A DNA stretch of 63,998 bases. It comes from Chara braunii (Eukaryota; Plantae; Charophyceae). The stretch covers positions 1,483,670-1,547,667 of the forward strand of contig BFEA01000008.1 of assembly GCA_003427395.1 (NCBI GenBank). Direction: 5' to 3'. Of this stretch, positions 62,987 through 63,998 are shown piece by piece. Both the position numbers and the translations under genes were made by a program. The notes beneath the pieces were generated by a model. The model was not told the origin of the DNA, ran no database searches, and saw nothing but the letters and a program-made list of their open reading frames with translations. Position 1 is the first letter of the stretch. The number at the start of each line of letters is the position of its first letter.

Positions 62987-63646
62987 GGGCGTGTGTGTAT
63001 GTGTGCCGAATGACGGAGCGAAAAAAAGAAGATGGACAACGTCTTGCATACATGTCGACCATTGCTTTCCGTTGCGCAGGATGAACAAAAATGAACATAA
63101 ATGGATCCGGAGGCAATACACAAATCATGTGACAAATGTATGAAGTTGTTCAAGACAGTAATGGATTGGGAGGCATTACAGAAATGTATGAAGTTGTGCT
63201 ATTGGGGAGCAAGGAAATGAGCAAAACAAGATGAACGATTTCATAGACAGGACGATTGGGAGGCAAGCAAAGAGACAGAAATGGCTGTCACAAATAGAGC
63301 ATGAAAGGAAAAAAATATAAAAGCACAAGTACACCATGCATCTTGAAGTTCACAAATGCTCACACGCTTGGCATCTAAAGCAAAACAGTAGTGTCCTTCC
63401 CGGACCTTCTGATAGACAACCTTATACAAAAATGTTAGTGTCAGATTTGTGGCATCAAACATGTCGCCATCATCGATCCGAGGAAATGTAAATGAAATGA
63501 AGTTGAAGTCGCTGTTTCTCGGGAAACAAAATAACTACCACCCCAACAACCACCATCCATGTCGACAACAACACACAACAAACCTCATGCTAACAACCTG
63601 CTCAATCATTGCATGTTGTCCCGACCGAAGGCTTAGCGATTGCCAC

Positions 63647-63998
63647 CAGGGTTGTCGAGCCCCAGCCCCGGGGCCCGGGCGGGGGTCCGGGGGTGGGCAC
63701 CTCAAACCCTGCCTCCAGATCCCCGGAAAAAAGAAACAACCAAAACAAAAAAATAATAATAATAAAAAGGGAAAATTTTTGAAATGCCCCTGAAGTTTGC
63801 GTTTATTTGCGATTTGCCCCTCCGACGGCTGACTTACCCTGATTTGCCCCTCCGACAACAATTCAAGTTTCCAAAAAACCCCTGGCGTCAATTGGGCCTG
63901 AAATATGTTCAACATGCCCTTACCGGTACCAGTGCCAAATTTCCAGTATGCCCCTACCGGAGAGCCGCTGGGTACCAGTGCCAGATTTCCATGCTACG
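63647..63998. mobile_element. Probable left end of a hAT-like element
   Basis: CAGGGTTGTC start, GC-rich subterminus, repeated atttgcccctccgac and ggtaccagtgcca.atttcca. The partner end is outside the window. Confidence 0.45.

Overview
Eukaryotic, gene-free, repeat-saturated scaffold with N-gaps and many microsatellites. The repeat content resembles a large charophyte algal genome such as Chara; this is inference from the style of the elements, not a database match. No intact host gene, rRNA gene, functional tRNA gene or CRISPR array is supported. The window is a set of nested transposons. (1) The 5' part of a minus-strand Ty3/Gypsy element (LTR, tRNA-iMet PBS, gag with CCHC knuckle). (2) An older related LTR, split first by an L1/Tx1-like LINE and then by a ~25 kb giant Gypsy element with ~6.8 kb LTRs, a decayed tRNA-Asp PBS, decayed gag-pol and an extra ORF after integrase whose C-terminus looks like a paralogue of the element's own Gag nucleocapsid region. 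(3) A cluster of LINE tails and tRNA-derived SINEs. (4) A PIF/Harbinger transposase pseudogene split by a LINE, which contains a second LINE, which contains an 8-bp-TSD hAT-like element and a 4-bp-TSD MITE. The most interesting signals are the second nucleocapsid-like ORF, a recurring LINE 3'-terminal RNA structure (hairpin, H-type pseudoknot, then a covarying hairpin with a GCUCUUAUC loop), a ~1 kb SINE with three tRNA-like units, and two unrelated MITEs sharing TTAA|ACCA ends. Identity figures are by-eye estimates.
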